This document shows, one piece after another, positions 12,633 to 25,485 of a stretch of DNA of 64,000 nt (the first letter of the stretch is position 1; the number at the start of each line of letters is the position of its first letter). A model generated the notes under the pieces. That model was not told where the DNA came from. It was given only the letters and a program-made list of their open reading frames with translations, and did not search any database. This DNA comes from Antedon mediterranea. Its lineage: Eukaryota; Animalia; Echinodermata. Location of the stretch: positions 26,536,001-26,600,000 of the forward strand of contig NC_092674.1 of assembly GCF_964355755.1 (NCBI RefSeq). Direction: 5' to 3'. The position numbers were made by a program, and so were the translations under genes.

Positions 12633-14313
12633 GGATTGGCTACAACAGTGCAAGTCATTCTTCCCAAAAGAGGGATTTTGTAGTTGAATTCCATCATTCC
12701 CTCTCTCATCATCATTGTCATCTTTAGACCTTTAATTCTCATCATCAGCATCATGTTCATCACCGAACTCCATCATCATCGTCATTGACCTGTGAGCTCC
12801 TTAAGGATGTCTTAAAGATGACATCACCAATTCCACTATTTCTACTATTCATCATACATGTGTTGAAAGACTTCACCTGCTATTTAGGTCTTGAAAACAT
12901 AATTTATAAAATTGAAAGATTGGGTCATGTTTAGGGTCATCTTATAACCGCATTTGAACTTATTCTTTCATACTTTCACTTTCTGTCAATTCAGTATTTT
13001 GAGTAAAAGCTAGGCATACTCGTAATTGGTAATATTGCCCAGATTTTTCATTCATTTTCATCTGCATTGTCATTCTACCATATGTTTAGTCTATTTCGTG
13101 CCTAGCTTACCTGGATAAACCGACAATAGCCTATTCTCCTCAAAGATTGAGATATAACTTGAAATATTTATTGAAAAACAGTCTTCACATAAAATGGTAT
13201 ACCGGTAGTCCACTGGCCATTTTAAACAAATTAACAATTTGGAAGTGGAAGAAATAGTGACCTTTCCCCAGTTTTGCGTGAGCGTAGTTGACGCAGAAAG
13301 TAAACTTTGGATTAAAACAATTATCATTGGGAACAAAACCACATTGAAATCTTCCATACATTTTATGACATTTTTCTAATGGTATTACTTACAGAAAAAC
13401 GTGAGATTAGGATGGAATTTACCACAGATGTAACATGTTGCAGTGTCATCTGTTATAATTTATATATTGTGAAATAAAGACATAATACAGATCTGTATTG
13501 ATAGTCATAAATTGTAAAATGTTGATTCACACAGTGGATTTTGGTTTCTTGTAAATTTGTACTTTTGATCTTTAGTCTTTGTTGTCTTTGTTCATTCAGT
13601 TTACCATGTGAATAGTAGGTAACTTTTAGATTTTGTTTCCAAACCTATTTGTACAAGAAATGATGGACCGGTAACGTCTACCATTATGTAACACCTCAAA
13701 TACATTATGCATGGGATGAATAGAATCTTGCAATATAGAATGTGTTTTCTTAATCAATCACTTTTCAAAAATGGATTTAAGATCAACATTTTCTCTTATT
13801 TCAGAAAAATGAAAACTCAAAATGTGCCGCACAGACCTTGTACTTTTTTTATGAAGTTATTTTTAGTAGACAAAGTTGAGCTTTTCAGCAATATAACCCA
13901 CACACAGTTTTTATGATCTTGTACTGTTTTATTATACTGTAGATTTAAATTTATTAATATTTCAATTTTGTTGTGTTTCTCTTTCAATCAATCATTTTTA
14001 TTATAAATATCATATAACCCTCTACATATTTATGTATGTATTTGATTCTGTTTATACGATTTTATTTTGGACAAGAGTGCACTATAGAACAGTAATGAAA
14101 ACGTATCCTTTTCCACTAGTATTGAGTTCACACTGTTGATTGATAGGAGCTAAGATTTATACATGGTTTCACATTGTTTACTTTGGTATTTTGACTTTAG
14201 AAATATGCAAGTGATTTATGTCGTAAGAATATTGAATTGTAAATCATAAATGATGATGATCCTCTATTATTGATATCTGTACGGTGTGCATCATTTGTTT
14301 TGTAAGAGTTTAA

Positions 14314-14552
14314 AGCTGCTTTCACATCACGCCTATATTTTGGTCCGATGCCCTGAGAAAAATATCGTGGATGAAAATGGATTCAGTTGTAAATTTGTAC
14401 GATATGAATCTATACCTGATTCAGGCTTCAAACTCATAGAAATGGATCAAGAATTATTTTCTGAAATCGTACTCGATGTGAAAGCATGCTCAATGCTCGT
14501 AATATTTTTCTTAGGGTGCCAAACCGAATCCGGGTGCAATGTGAAAGTAGCT
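14314..14552. mobile_element. PIF/Harbinger-type MITE (239 bp)
   Basis: TIR AGCTGCTTTCACAT / ATGTGAAAGTAGCT (1 mismatch), with TAA on both flanks (14311-14313, 14553-14555). Confidence 0.75.
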
Positions 14553-16104
14553 TAATTGTCCAATCCTCAAATAACAAAATAATATTCGGCTTTATGCATG
14601 CTGTGGCTTCTTACCAGGATAAACAGATAATACAATAATAAGACTATCCCCTCAGAGAGTAGGATAAACTTCAAAATGTATTGAACACCCTTCTCCATGG
14701 TACTGACAGCTATTGCACCACTTTTGGTTTGTGTAATATAGTTAGTAGCCTAAAGTTGAACCCAGTGTTCTAGAATTATAAAACCATCATTGCAACTAAC
14801 AAAATATGTGCCAGAAAACCTTGATATTGAACTATGACCTAGAGAAAATAGACTCTACATGATATTCTGATACCTTTATTTAACTTAAGTAAATCAATGT
14901 ATCCTGCTTCTGGCATGTGTATAGTACTATTTTTGATGAAATTATCTAGGCAATCTTGTTCGTATTATTGATTTTTTTGAATGTCAAATACCTATTATTG
15001 TTTAAAAGAACCCAATCCGATTTACTGTACTTGTACCCATGAAGGTTATAATTTAATGCGGAATGATTAATCCCTTTAAATACAATAGAAGACTTTGTAA
15101 AGGTATTTATTTTGATTTAAAATCAATATTTCTAATTGAAAAAGTTATACCTGTATTCATTTAAAGTTAAACTTCTTTGAATGGTATATTCCTCAAACAT
15201 ATCTGATGAATGTTTGACCACATTTTTTGTGTGCAAATTTTTGCCCTAAAAAAAGAAAACGTAATGAAATTATGACAAACAAATATTAATATAAACAGGC
15301 CAATAGTAAATTACATGTTACTTATTATATATGATTCTTATGGTATATTATTTATTTATTTTTTTATGATATTAAATAAATGTTTGAGTAGGTAACGTGG
15401 GATGTAGGTTAGTTGGTGTGCTACTGTAAACGAAGACTCGATCTTAATTAAGCTAAATTTATTCATGGATGCATGTTTCGCATTTTAACTAGTAGTTAGT
15501 CATATGACAGCATGACAGTAGAGAAACTGATTTATAACTTAAAGATATCTAGGGTTGTAACATGATGTCGTACGACCCTTGATTGACCTTTTAATCAAGA
15601 CACAAGTCATATGTCATGTGATGGAAATCTATATTAAATGAATTCATATGTTTTCCTCATCTGCACAGAAGTATTGTCATGGTGATGATATTTCTAAAAG
15701 TGTTTTTAATCGATACTATGTTCTGTATTTGATGGGTACAAACTGTATTTTTTTTTTCAACATCTAACAATAGATGGCACTATATAATATAAGATGAACA
15801 ATATTTGGCAACCTTGCACATCGCATATGAGTAGTTTACAATGAGTAATATGGAATCAAACTAAAAATGAGGGCACGTAAGCTGCGAAACGTGAACTAAA
15901 TATGACCAGCTTACTGTACACCTGCGTCAAAGTACGGTAATTTTCAGACTTGTACAGTCCATAGTGTTGAAATGATAGTATGTTGACAAAGCATTCAAAT
16001 AAAGATATTTGTTTTTAATATTATGTTTGATATTTGTTTTGTAAGATACAAGTGTTGTACTTTTTAGTTTACTGTCCTTTTTTGATAATAGACTTCTTCT
16101 AGTA

Positions 16105-16952
16105 CCGTATATTTCGGTGTATAAGTCGCACTTTTGACACGCAAATTTGACCTCTAAATTAAGGGTGCGTCTTATACACCGAACATAAATGCCTCACCAC
16201 ACAGATTGTACATAGGCCTAGGCTATCGTCACCTCGTTTGCTAGGCCTGAGTAGGCTAGGCCTAGCTACAGTAACTAACTAACGTAACGGCAACCTGCTT
16301 CTGCCTAGGCCTAGTTTTCAAGTCATTTTAGCATGATGTTATACTAAATATGATGAAAAGATTTGTTCATTATGGCGCTCCGATAAAATTTCATTTGTAA
16401 ACGTTTACGTCGTACGATTGGAATAGTATTTATTTATACAGTAGTTATACGCACGATCGCCGTACCCCAAGCGCAAGCCCTTCTTTTGGTGGCACATGGT
16501 GTACGGTATTCGACTAGTATATTCTCCAGGTGATTATAGCATGGACCTAGCGTACACACTTCTCGGATACATAGATACTAATCGAATACGATTGTCCATG
16601 AAAACGTGCGCCCTCTCGAAATGATCGAGCGAGGCTAGCCCACACACGTGCGTGTTACACACACGGTCATGCACTCGATGTTGCGGCGAAACTCATGAAT
16701 AACAAGTTAGAAAGAACTTGTTGAGGCTGGGCGCGGTCGAGCCTAGGTAAGAAAAAACCTAAATAAAGGACGCCGTTGTAGATATAACAAAATATATTAT
16801 TACAATAATATTGATTACAATTTAAAAAAACATTGTTTTGATGAAATATAAGGTGCGTCTTATACATCGACGATATAAAAAATACCGATATTTTACTCTC
16901 AGTTGGGGGTGCGTCTTATACACAGGTGCGACTTATACACCGAAATATACGG
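16105..16952. mobile_element. Tc1/mariner (pogo/Tigger-like) non-autonomous element (848 bp)
   Basis: Perfect 27-bp TIR CCGTATATTTCGGTGTATAAGTCGCAC with TA TSD on both sides. Subterminal GGTGCGTCTTATACA motifs are repeated near both ends. Confidence 0.9.
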
Positions 16953-17208
16953 TATATCCATTTTGTATTTTGTGTTTATCTTTACTCTGAATGTATTTCT
17001 AGTACATCTGAGTAATTGTACTTTTTGTTTATTTCTTAATCTTGTTGCATTCATGCAATAGTCTTTCATCAAACCACAAAGTAAATCAAACTTTATTTTT
17101 AGACACACATTATTAAAAATAGAATATATTATACTTCTAGTACTGTGTTCACACGTTTGTTAAGCGTGCATAAAAAGGAGTTAATCTTATCAGAGTTATA
17201 TCGGCTAA

Positions 17209-17362
17209 AGCTCTGTCTATACTCCTAACTAATTTGACAAAAAAAGTGTGATGATAGTGAATGAATTCACTTGTGGTTATTCTTGGAAATTTGCCTAAAA
17301 TAAGAATTTAAAAAAATAATGATACTTTTTTGTCAAACTAATTTGATAGTGTAGACAGAGCT
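17209..17362. mobile_element. ~165-bp MITE family variant with atypical interior
   Basis: Family TIRs at both ends, flanked by TAA/TTA. The interior lacks the 21-bp repeat. Confidence 0.75.
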
Positions 17363-18434
17363 TTAAGTGATCATGTGATCAGTTAACTCTCTTACCTCCG
17401 TGACGTTCACATTGTTTTAACTCTGAGGTACGTACCACTACATCTTCAATGTATACTTTTAACTGTCAGAATGTAACATTAGACAATAACTACTGTATCA
17501 ACCATGAGTATTTCAGATGTCTAACTGGTGTACAACAAGCTAAACTGCAAGGTAACTCTGACAGACCACTATTTAACTCAGATAGAATAAGAGAAAAGAA
17601 TGTGTAAAACATGGCTTGTGTCCTGTTGAATTCATCCTTGAAACTTGTTTACAGTCTTTCATCACCAAAGTGATTTATTTACTTTTTTTTTTAAACACAT
17701 TAAAAATAGAATATCTAGAGAATTTTAATATAATTATGTGGTTTGGTACTTTTGAAAACATATATTTGTAGCAATACATTGGTAGGCCTACTTCTTTCTG
17801 GTTTTGAATGTGGATCGAATTTCTACCTATGAACTGTACTTGTTAGTATATCTCCCATAGGAGATTTTTATTTTAAACAATAAAATCCTGATTGCCATTA
17901 CTTCTGTCAACAAATTCGCAACATTGTGCAGTTATTTTATCAGTGTAAACACAATGTAATTTAAGCGACACGCAGATTTTCTTGTGTTAACATTGTTAGA
18001 CATCAAACTTGTGCTCTTTACAAGTCAAAATAGTGCTCTTTTAATAATTGTCTCCGCGTTGGTTTAAAGTTCGTTAACACCTGTCATATGCTTAGTTTTC
18101 GCCATTAAAGTCATTTCAATATTTGTGGAATTTCATATTTTGGTCACATTCAACCTTTTCAATCGTGTGTCCTTGTTCTTATGTGTTTTATGTTTATATT
18201 TTGAACTGAAACAGTTTTGTTTTTATTTCAAATATTCAGATTGATTTAGTAAAAAAATACAGTTCTCAAAACACTTCAGGCCAGCCCCTAGATACACATA
18301 TGTTATCTGTACTGTACCTGTAAATAATAACACATTTTTTGCCCAATGTTACATATAGGTGTGGAAATCCATGATTGATACGTTATTCGGCTTTTTTTTT
18401 TACACAATGGAAAACTTTTTCTACCCACCTCTTA

Positions 18435-18596
18435 AGCTCATGCCTACACTATCAAACTTCACGTGACCAAAAAATGTGATGTGCCCATATATGGACATGA
18501 TGATGTCATATTACTACCATATTTAAGCATATGACTACCATATTTGGGCACATCACTCTTTTTTTGTCAAACTAGTGTGATAGTGTAGACAGAGCT
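18435..18596. mobile_element. ~165-bp MITE family copy, full length (PIF/Harbinger, Tourist-like)
   Basis: Both TIRs, TTA TSD (18432-18434, 18597-18599), two internal 21-bp units. Confidence 0.9.
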
Positions 18597-19194
18597 TTAC
18601 AATCTTCTCGCATTGATGGCAAACTGGAGTCACTCATTTATCTTTGCAACAATGTCGTCGCCACCATCATCAAAAAACTTTGAAAAGTGTTTCACTATTA
18701 ATGTATATATTTCATGGCCTTCGAAACAAAATAAATAGCATTTTATGGCAATGATCATTTCTTTCAACAAATTGTTTTGTCCTTCCAATTTCATTCCTTT
18801 TATTTAAAGAACACATTGTTTTTTTTTCAAAATATAGTTGATAGTGGTTGCTAACGATGGTGAAATTAATTCAATTAGTTTTCTAGGAAGTGATTAATAA
18901 CGGATAATATCCTGAATTGTTTCCGGATTTTGTTTCTATGGCATTATGTGACCCAGGTCAGCGTATGGAGTCTTGGACAATCGTCCTTCGTTTGTGCCCG
19001 TTTGATGTTGACAACAGACTCGCAAGTTTCTGATATTATAAAGAAAATGTCTTGGCTAACAAAAAATGGCACAAAATATGTGTACAAATTAAATTAAAAT
19101 TTGAGCAACAAAAGGTATATCTTGTTTTTGTCGTGTAAGATTAGGAAAGAGGGTTGTAAATCATAAAGGTTTGCAGGGATGCGAGTACGTACAG

Positions 19195-19314
19195 AGTCTG
19201 TCTACATTATCAAACATATATAGACGTGACACTACCATATTTTGGCATAGCACTACCAAATTAGGGCACGTCACACTTTTTTTGTCAAACTAGTTTGATT
19301 GTGTAAACAGAGCT
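19195..19314. mobile_element. ~165-bp MITE family copy, internally deleted
   Basis: TCTGTCTACATTATCAAAC ... GTTTGATTGTGTAAACAGAGCT plus CACTACCA units. Confidence 0.8.
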
Positions 19315-22288
19315 TAAGAAAGGGTTGTCAACCGTAAAGGTTTGCAGGGATGTGAGTACGCAAACCAAAAGTAGAGAGAGTTGAATTTGTAGATGCTAAG
19401 ACCATTACTGCTGTAGCCAGTGGCGTGACGTAGAGACCTGAAGCCCCTGGTTTAGCAACCCTAAGTGGCCCTCCAGTGGTAGAGACCTCTGGCGTTTTTC
19501 TTCTGGGCACTACTAGAGAGTGTGTTTTAATTATAAAAATATAGAATTTAACTCCAAAATGTATTTTGTCTTTATTATACATGTAAACACATATTACATT
19601 ACAATAGTCAGAGATAGGTTCTAAATAAACAATTTTAACCTTTAAAATGCTCTTGGATATCTTGTTTATATTCCAGAGATTTCATGCTTGAAAGTGCATC
19701 TTCAATTTAAATAGAAGCTAGGCCATCAGTGAATAGTGGGTGGAGTCATTATAAACGAGGGAGCTAGACCATGAAAGTTCTGTTTCCTTTCCAAACATCC
19801 AATGTTTTGTTGAAATTTGAATTGTGATATACTGTAGTAAGATTAAGAATTTTCTTTTTAAGTAGTAGGCCTATTGTACCTGTATGTATCAATTCAATTC
19901 AATTCAACTTTATTTCAGACAATCATCTTCATGTATTGGGACAGTGGTTTAATATACAAGGGGAAAGGCCACTGGTTTATCACCCAAGTGGCCCTCAACA
20001 CCTAGTGTTGGAGAGTCACTTGAGTTAGTTGCATTGGAGCTGCTTATACTCTGGGTTCAGCCAGTGAGTGCACAAAGCTGTTATGTGACTGGCTTGATTT
20101 GGTCTTTAGCTAGCAATTGAAAGTTTATGGTAAATTACCTTGTTTAAGTGGTAGCATTTTTTGTGATTTTTGTGTGTTACATATTTTGGACCACTGTATA
20201 GATTGGTGTTGGGCCTGTATTTGGAACAGCACTTTGACAGTTCAGGTGTTATGTAGGCATTTCATAGATAATAAAGAAGACTATTAAACAATTAGGAGTT
20301 GAAAAGTTCACATGAATATAACATTATTTTCATACTTTTATCAATCGAATGTTTTAATCAAATTTTTGCAGTTTTCTTTTCCAAGATAAATTGTTGTTGA
20401 CGTCATTTCAAATCAAGATGACCATTAAGAAATGTTAAGGTTAGATTAAAATGATTGATATGGTATTCTAAAGTTCATATTTCGTGTGAAAGCATGTCTA
20501 TAGAATCAGTATAAAGGACAATACTGCATATGCTAGCTAGTGTTTTACTAGCAGAAAAGGCCTGTTGTTCTAGGCCATTCAGGGATAAAGTTCCTTAACA
20601 GCTTCGGCTTTTGTCTATGGAATTAAACTTCATCAGAAAGCCTTGGACTAGAAGATATCAGTAGTAGAGGTTTAGCCTAGTATGTAGCAGAATGAGGAAA
20701 GGCGTGAGTGACATTACGTTGGAAAGAGTATGATATTTAGCAACCAATTGGACACAACCTCATTTTTTTCTGCCAACTCTCTCTCTTTACAGTGAAGTTT
20801 AAATTGGAAGAGTTTTATTGTTCATGATGCTTGGAATTCCATGTTTGTTTGGATGTTCACCTTTGATAGTTGACGTTCTAAAAGATAAAAAGTTACATTC
20901 TGCCAATTTCAAGTGGATTTAAAACATTTCTGCATGTCTTTTCATTTGGCGATTGTTTACTATACCTCTGTCTTATCTTTGAATTCTGAACATTTCTGAA
21001 AACGTTATCAGGAAAGCAACAATGTGTTTGATATAATGTGGTGATTTACTAACATGCATCAATTTAGTGTTAGTTGATTGCTGCCGTTTTGGACATAAAT
21101 CGGTTAAATTAACTTGTGATTGATGATAAGTTTTACTGGATTGGTTATGACACTACTTAAATTTCTGTAAATCTTGTTGAAAATTTCTAAAAGTCTTGTA
21201 CTAAAGGATGCATACACGTACTCAAGAACAGTTTGTGTATAAACTCCTATTAATGGTAAATCTCCATGAGATAACAGCTTTTGAAACGTGATAATTCTCC
21301 TCTTTATAGTTTTCAATCCGATTTATTCTTAGGAAATTGCTGACCTATTAGATGGTTATTCTAGCAACAGGATTATAAGAAGCTTTTAACAGAAAACATT
21401 TCTCTTTGACGTAGATTTGTAGACGTCTGCAAAGATTTGTCTTATTGTTGTCCCGTCTTTTGCACAAGGAACTGTGTCTCTGCTGGTTTTAGTGTCTGTA
21501 GTAAACAATACCATCACATTGTTCTTTTACCAATTACTGTAGTATTGGTTACTATCATTGTAAAGCGATTATTTTAGCGTGAAATTGTTTATGAATTAAA
21601 AGAAAACTTTTATTATTATGACTATAGTTATTGATGAACTTTGATCCTGGTTTTTGTTGGTGTAGTGTTTAATCAACTGTTCAAATTTAATTCAATATTT
21701 GCCTAACACATCCACTTAAACATCAGATATCTGTCAGAACAAGTGCTTGTTCAATAACGGAGGCCACTTCAAGTGTACCTGTCGCAATGTCTTTATTGCC
21801 ACAATGTTTTTGATTGAAGTTTATTTTACCGCAAATAATTCTCACAGTATCCATGTTGCCGCCATTGAAGATAGTACCAATACCGCAACTGTTTTAAAGG
21901 TTATTACCGGTACCAATTTTGGAACATAAAGTAGTGCCTGTGGAATACTTTGGTTTGGATTGTTACAGATTACCAAAGTAGATTCCAACTGTAAGGACAT
22001 ATAGTTGCACCTGTTTGCCAATTTAAAAACCTTGAAAAAAATCTGAATTGGGAACCATACTTGGGAACGATCATCATTAGATATCCTCCAGAGATGCAGT
22101 CACAGTACTCAGATTTTTGTTGAACTTTTATAGGAGGATTCAATGATTGTGCCTCTATCACTGAACCAGACCTAGTATATCCCTTCAAAAAAAGTTTGTG
22201 GATGACCCATATTGGAATTTCATCTGAATTTTCCAGATTTAAACAACACTGAATTGGAAATTGTTATAATTAGAAATAGATTATCAAC

Positions 22289-22334
22289 ATGGCTAGGAAA
22301 ATGTCCAAGCAGATATTTAACAAAGTTATATCAG
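22289..22334 (+). CDS. Candidate first coding exon of the DLC1-like gene (MARKMSKQIFNKVIS)
   Basis: ATG in strong context (AACATGG), 15 codons plus G, donor CAG|GTATGT. Phase 1 gives ...VISEIEASETCQWL when joined to 25414, a length and character reminiscent of the short basic N-terminus of vertebrate DLC1. Confidence 0.55.
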
Positions 22335-22691
22335 GTATGTTTTTTATTGTATATACTATGGTTCTATGTGTGTTTGTGTAGATGGATTGAAAAACTGGAG
22401 TGTATTAGTGTAGGTATACATCTACAGTAGGTAAGCATTATTTGTGGTCTTTTAATGGAGAAAAACAAACATGTTATTTCTGAATAGTTGTAGTATTAGG
22501 AAAAACATGTCAAATTAAGTTACAAGAAGTTAAATCATGTGGGTTCCTCAGAATTCTTGTGGTTTAGTGGTTTAAATTCTGGTCATTCCATGCCATAGAT
22601 TCCTATGTTCGAATCCTCTATATCTTCCAAACACTGTAGATTGTTGAGCTTTTATGTACTATTTAAGATAATATCCATGCAGCATTTTCAA

Positions 22692-22836
22692 CCTTGTCTA
22701 CACTAGTTTGACAATAAAATGTGATATGCCCATATATGGACATGATGATGTCATATATGTACCATGTTTAGGCATACCACTACCATATTTGGCCATATCA
22801 CACCTTTTTTTTTGTCAAATTAGTGTAAACCAGCTT
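22692..22836. mobile_element. ~165-bp MITE family copy (degenerate)
   Basis: TGTCTACACT...ATGTGATATGCCCATATATGGACATGATGATGTCATAT...CACTACCATATTTGG...TTTGTCAAA. Confidence 0.8.
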
Positions 22837-23795
22837 AATATATGAATCAAGTACTGAGCATTTCACAAACATTGTGCATTTTTTAGGGATACTTCTGTGC
22901 AGTATGTTCAACTTTAAAGTTGTAAGAATGTGATTTATTATTGTTCTATGGTCATATAAAATTCACTGGAAATCTGGTCTCGCCCTCTTTTGTTCTTTAA
23001 TTAAGCATATTTCCATTGTTCACACCCATACTTTCCTCTGTCAAGCAAATCTGCATTTTGCCCCAAAATATCTGTGAATCAAGTATGTGTTCAGAGGATT
23101 TTCTTTTATTATTTTTTTTTTGGTGGGGGTGGGGGGATAGTCCTACCCTAATATTGATAATGATTAGTAGTTTTTTTTATATATTACTTAGTAAAACAAT
23201 GAAAGATAAATGTCACTCCCTGATGGTTATGCTAGAAGTGGGTGGTCTTGTTGACTGAAAGCACTGTACTATTAATAAATTTAAATGAGTTAATTATAAA
23301 GTGATGTTCTAAATTGGCTACAGTTTGCTATCTTGTGTATCCAGTATTTATTGCTAGTATGTGGTTAAAAGGAGTGTTGCTAAAGACCCAAGCCACCTGA
23401 GTAATAAGGTCTATATTAGTATTGGAGGATGAGTAATTTTATTCAGGGGTCAATGGCCTAATTCTCAACCAGGTATGATTTTAATAGTAGTCTTCTACAT
23501 ACAAAAAAGATGCAATAGATTGCATTGTTTACTTACTATATATATTTACCATTATTTAAATTTATTAAGGTTTTCAAAAATATTTAATTAACCTCTAAAT
23601 GTTTAATTAGCCTTGTATTTAAATTGTTTTTGTCACTTTAACAAACTACGTACTTAGAAGTTTTTCACAACCTTTAAGTATATATATGGCTGATTGTTAC
23701 ACAGTATTGTACAGTACATCTGTCTCTATTCTAGATTATCAACCATTCAGTTGTACATTGTATTGGCAAGTCCAATCTGTTCTGAAACCCCACTG

Positions 23796-24039
23796 CATTC
23801 TTTCTTTTGTTTTTAGCCTATGATGTCTGTACCTCATCCAATCTACTTATACAACCTATCATTCTATGTTACTAATAGAATGATTGGTTGTATAAGTAGA
23901 TTGGATGAGGTTATTAGTAACATAGAATGATAGGTTGTATAAGTAGATTGGATGAGGTTATTAGTAACATAGAATGATAGGTTGTATAAGTAGATTGGAT
24001 GAGGTACAGACATCATAGCTAAAAACAAAAGAAAGAATG
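23796..24039. repeat. Fold-back: ~82-bp inverted repeat enclosing a 47-bp tandem triplication
   Basis: 23796-23877 is the reverse complement of 23959-24039 except for one indel. The unit TATTAGTAACATAGAATGATAGGTTGTATAAGTAGATTGGATGAGGT occurs at 23912 and 23959, and partially at 23875. Confidence 0.9.
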
Positions 24040-25413
24040 AATAATAGCCTATCATTGTCTCACCAACCCCACTTTGTGTCCAATCCTTTTATACCTGGCT
24101 TGTCTACCAATACCTGCCCAGTATTATTATACTACATTCCTTTATTTGTTGTAGTCTGTCAGTCTATTCTGTTTAGTATCTCTTGCAAACTATTATATAC
24201 TGAGTAAGTCTTAATATTTACTTATTGTTGTTTAATTGTAGAATCAGCTGGAGTATGTTAGGTAATAAGTATCATTACCAATTGTTATATTGAATGTGTT
24301 TACAGCTGTACAGTGAGCCCTATATACCTAATTAGTGATTTGTTGGGTATGATTTCATTTACGTCATAAGTCTATTTGACAATTTGTTATATAATTCTGT
24401 ACATAATATTACTAATTAGTTTCCTTTCATTTAGTTTTTACTTTTTTTTACAATGAACAATATAATTGTTTATTTTTATATGAAGTAATTAATTTCAACC
24501 TTCATTTTGTAAAAGAACTGGCTTCCTTCCTGGTTAATTAGTAATTTGCTATGAAGGAATGTTTCTTTCATGCTTATTTTTTGCAATGAAAAATATCATG
24601 AACTAATTAATGTTCTCCTTCATTTTTAAAAGAACTGAAAAAATAGAACCACTCTCTTCAACTTGCTCAGTGTAAACATTCTTTTTTCTTTCTTTTTTCT
24701 TGACTAGCCCAGGCAACCTTTTTAGGCCAATGAGTTAGTAAAATATTAAAGCTGTGTCCACATGCACGAAAGTTAAGCTGATCCGAATCATCCAAGTTAA
24801 GCTGCATTCACACTTGTTCTATTTCACGGAAACGAAAGACATTATTTAAGAAAACGGCGCATTCTTCCGTTTGGTAAAACAGAACATGTGTTGATGTACC
24901 TTTACAACCGACGTTGTACTTGAATGTGTATAGTTAACTTTAATACCTATTGTTTAATATAGTTCTGAATATCTGAAAATGAATAATAATACCTGTCTTT
25001 ATTTTAGACAAAAAAAAAAGTTACATTACAGTGCAAAAAAAATTTGTCTAATGATGAATCGGTTGACGTCATACAAATGATAGTTGTTTCTTTTGACGCA
25101 AAGTAGTTATTTTTGTATCGTACTGAAATGATCTGATCTCAGATTTTTTCTAAATTTTCTCTATAAATAGATGTTCTCAGATGTCAAGTGATTGAAAAAT
25201 ATGAAATTTCATCTTTTATTGCTCAAAATGTTTTATTTTTCTTGTTAATGTTATGTAATTATAGTCTGCACGTTTGTTTGTGTTTTTGTTTATAAAATGT
25301 GTGTGCTAATCCAACAAGTAAGGGGTTGAGACATGATTAATTTAAAATTTCCACCATCACAAATCAGGGTAGAACAATATTTTAATTAAAATAGTTATTA
25401 TTTTATCTTGCAG

Positions 25414-25485
25414 AAATTGAAGCCTCTGAGACTTGCCAGTGGCTTAGGGCTACAGGGTTTCCCCAATATGCTCAGATGTTCGAGG
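25414..25485 (+). CDS. DLC1: DLC1/STARD13-family RhoGAP, SAM domain exon 1 (xIEASETCQWLRATGFPQYAQMFE)
   Basis: TTGCAG acceptor and GTAAGT donor, 72 nt, phase 1-1. The translation matches the DLC-family SAM signature IEAxEACxWLRATGFPQYAQLYE. Confidence 0.95.

Noticed and set aside
12479-12763. 94-aa ORF with Met-rich and repeated DT(S/P)I segments
   Set aside because: Artefact of (CAT)n low complexity plus the ~18-bp tandem repeat.
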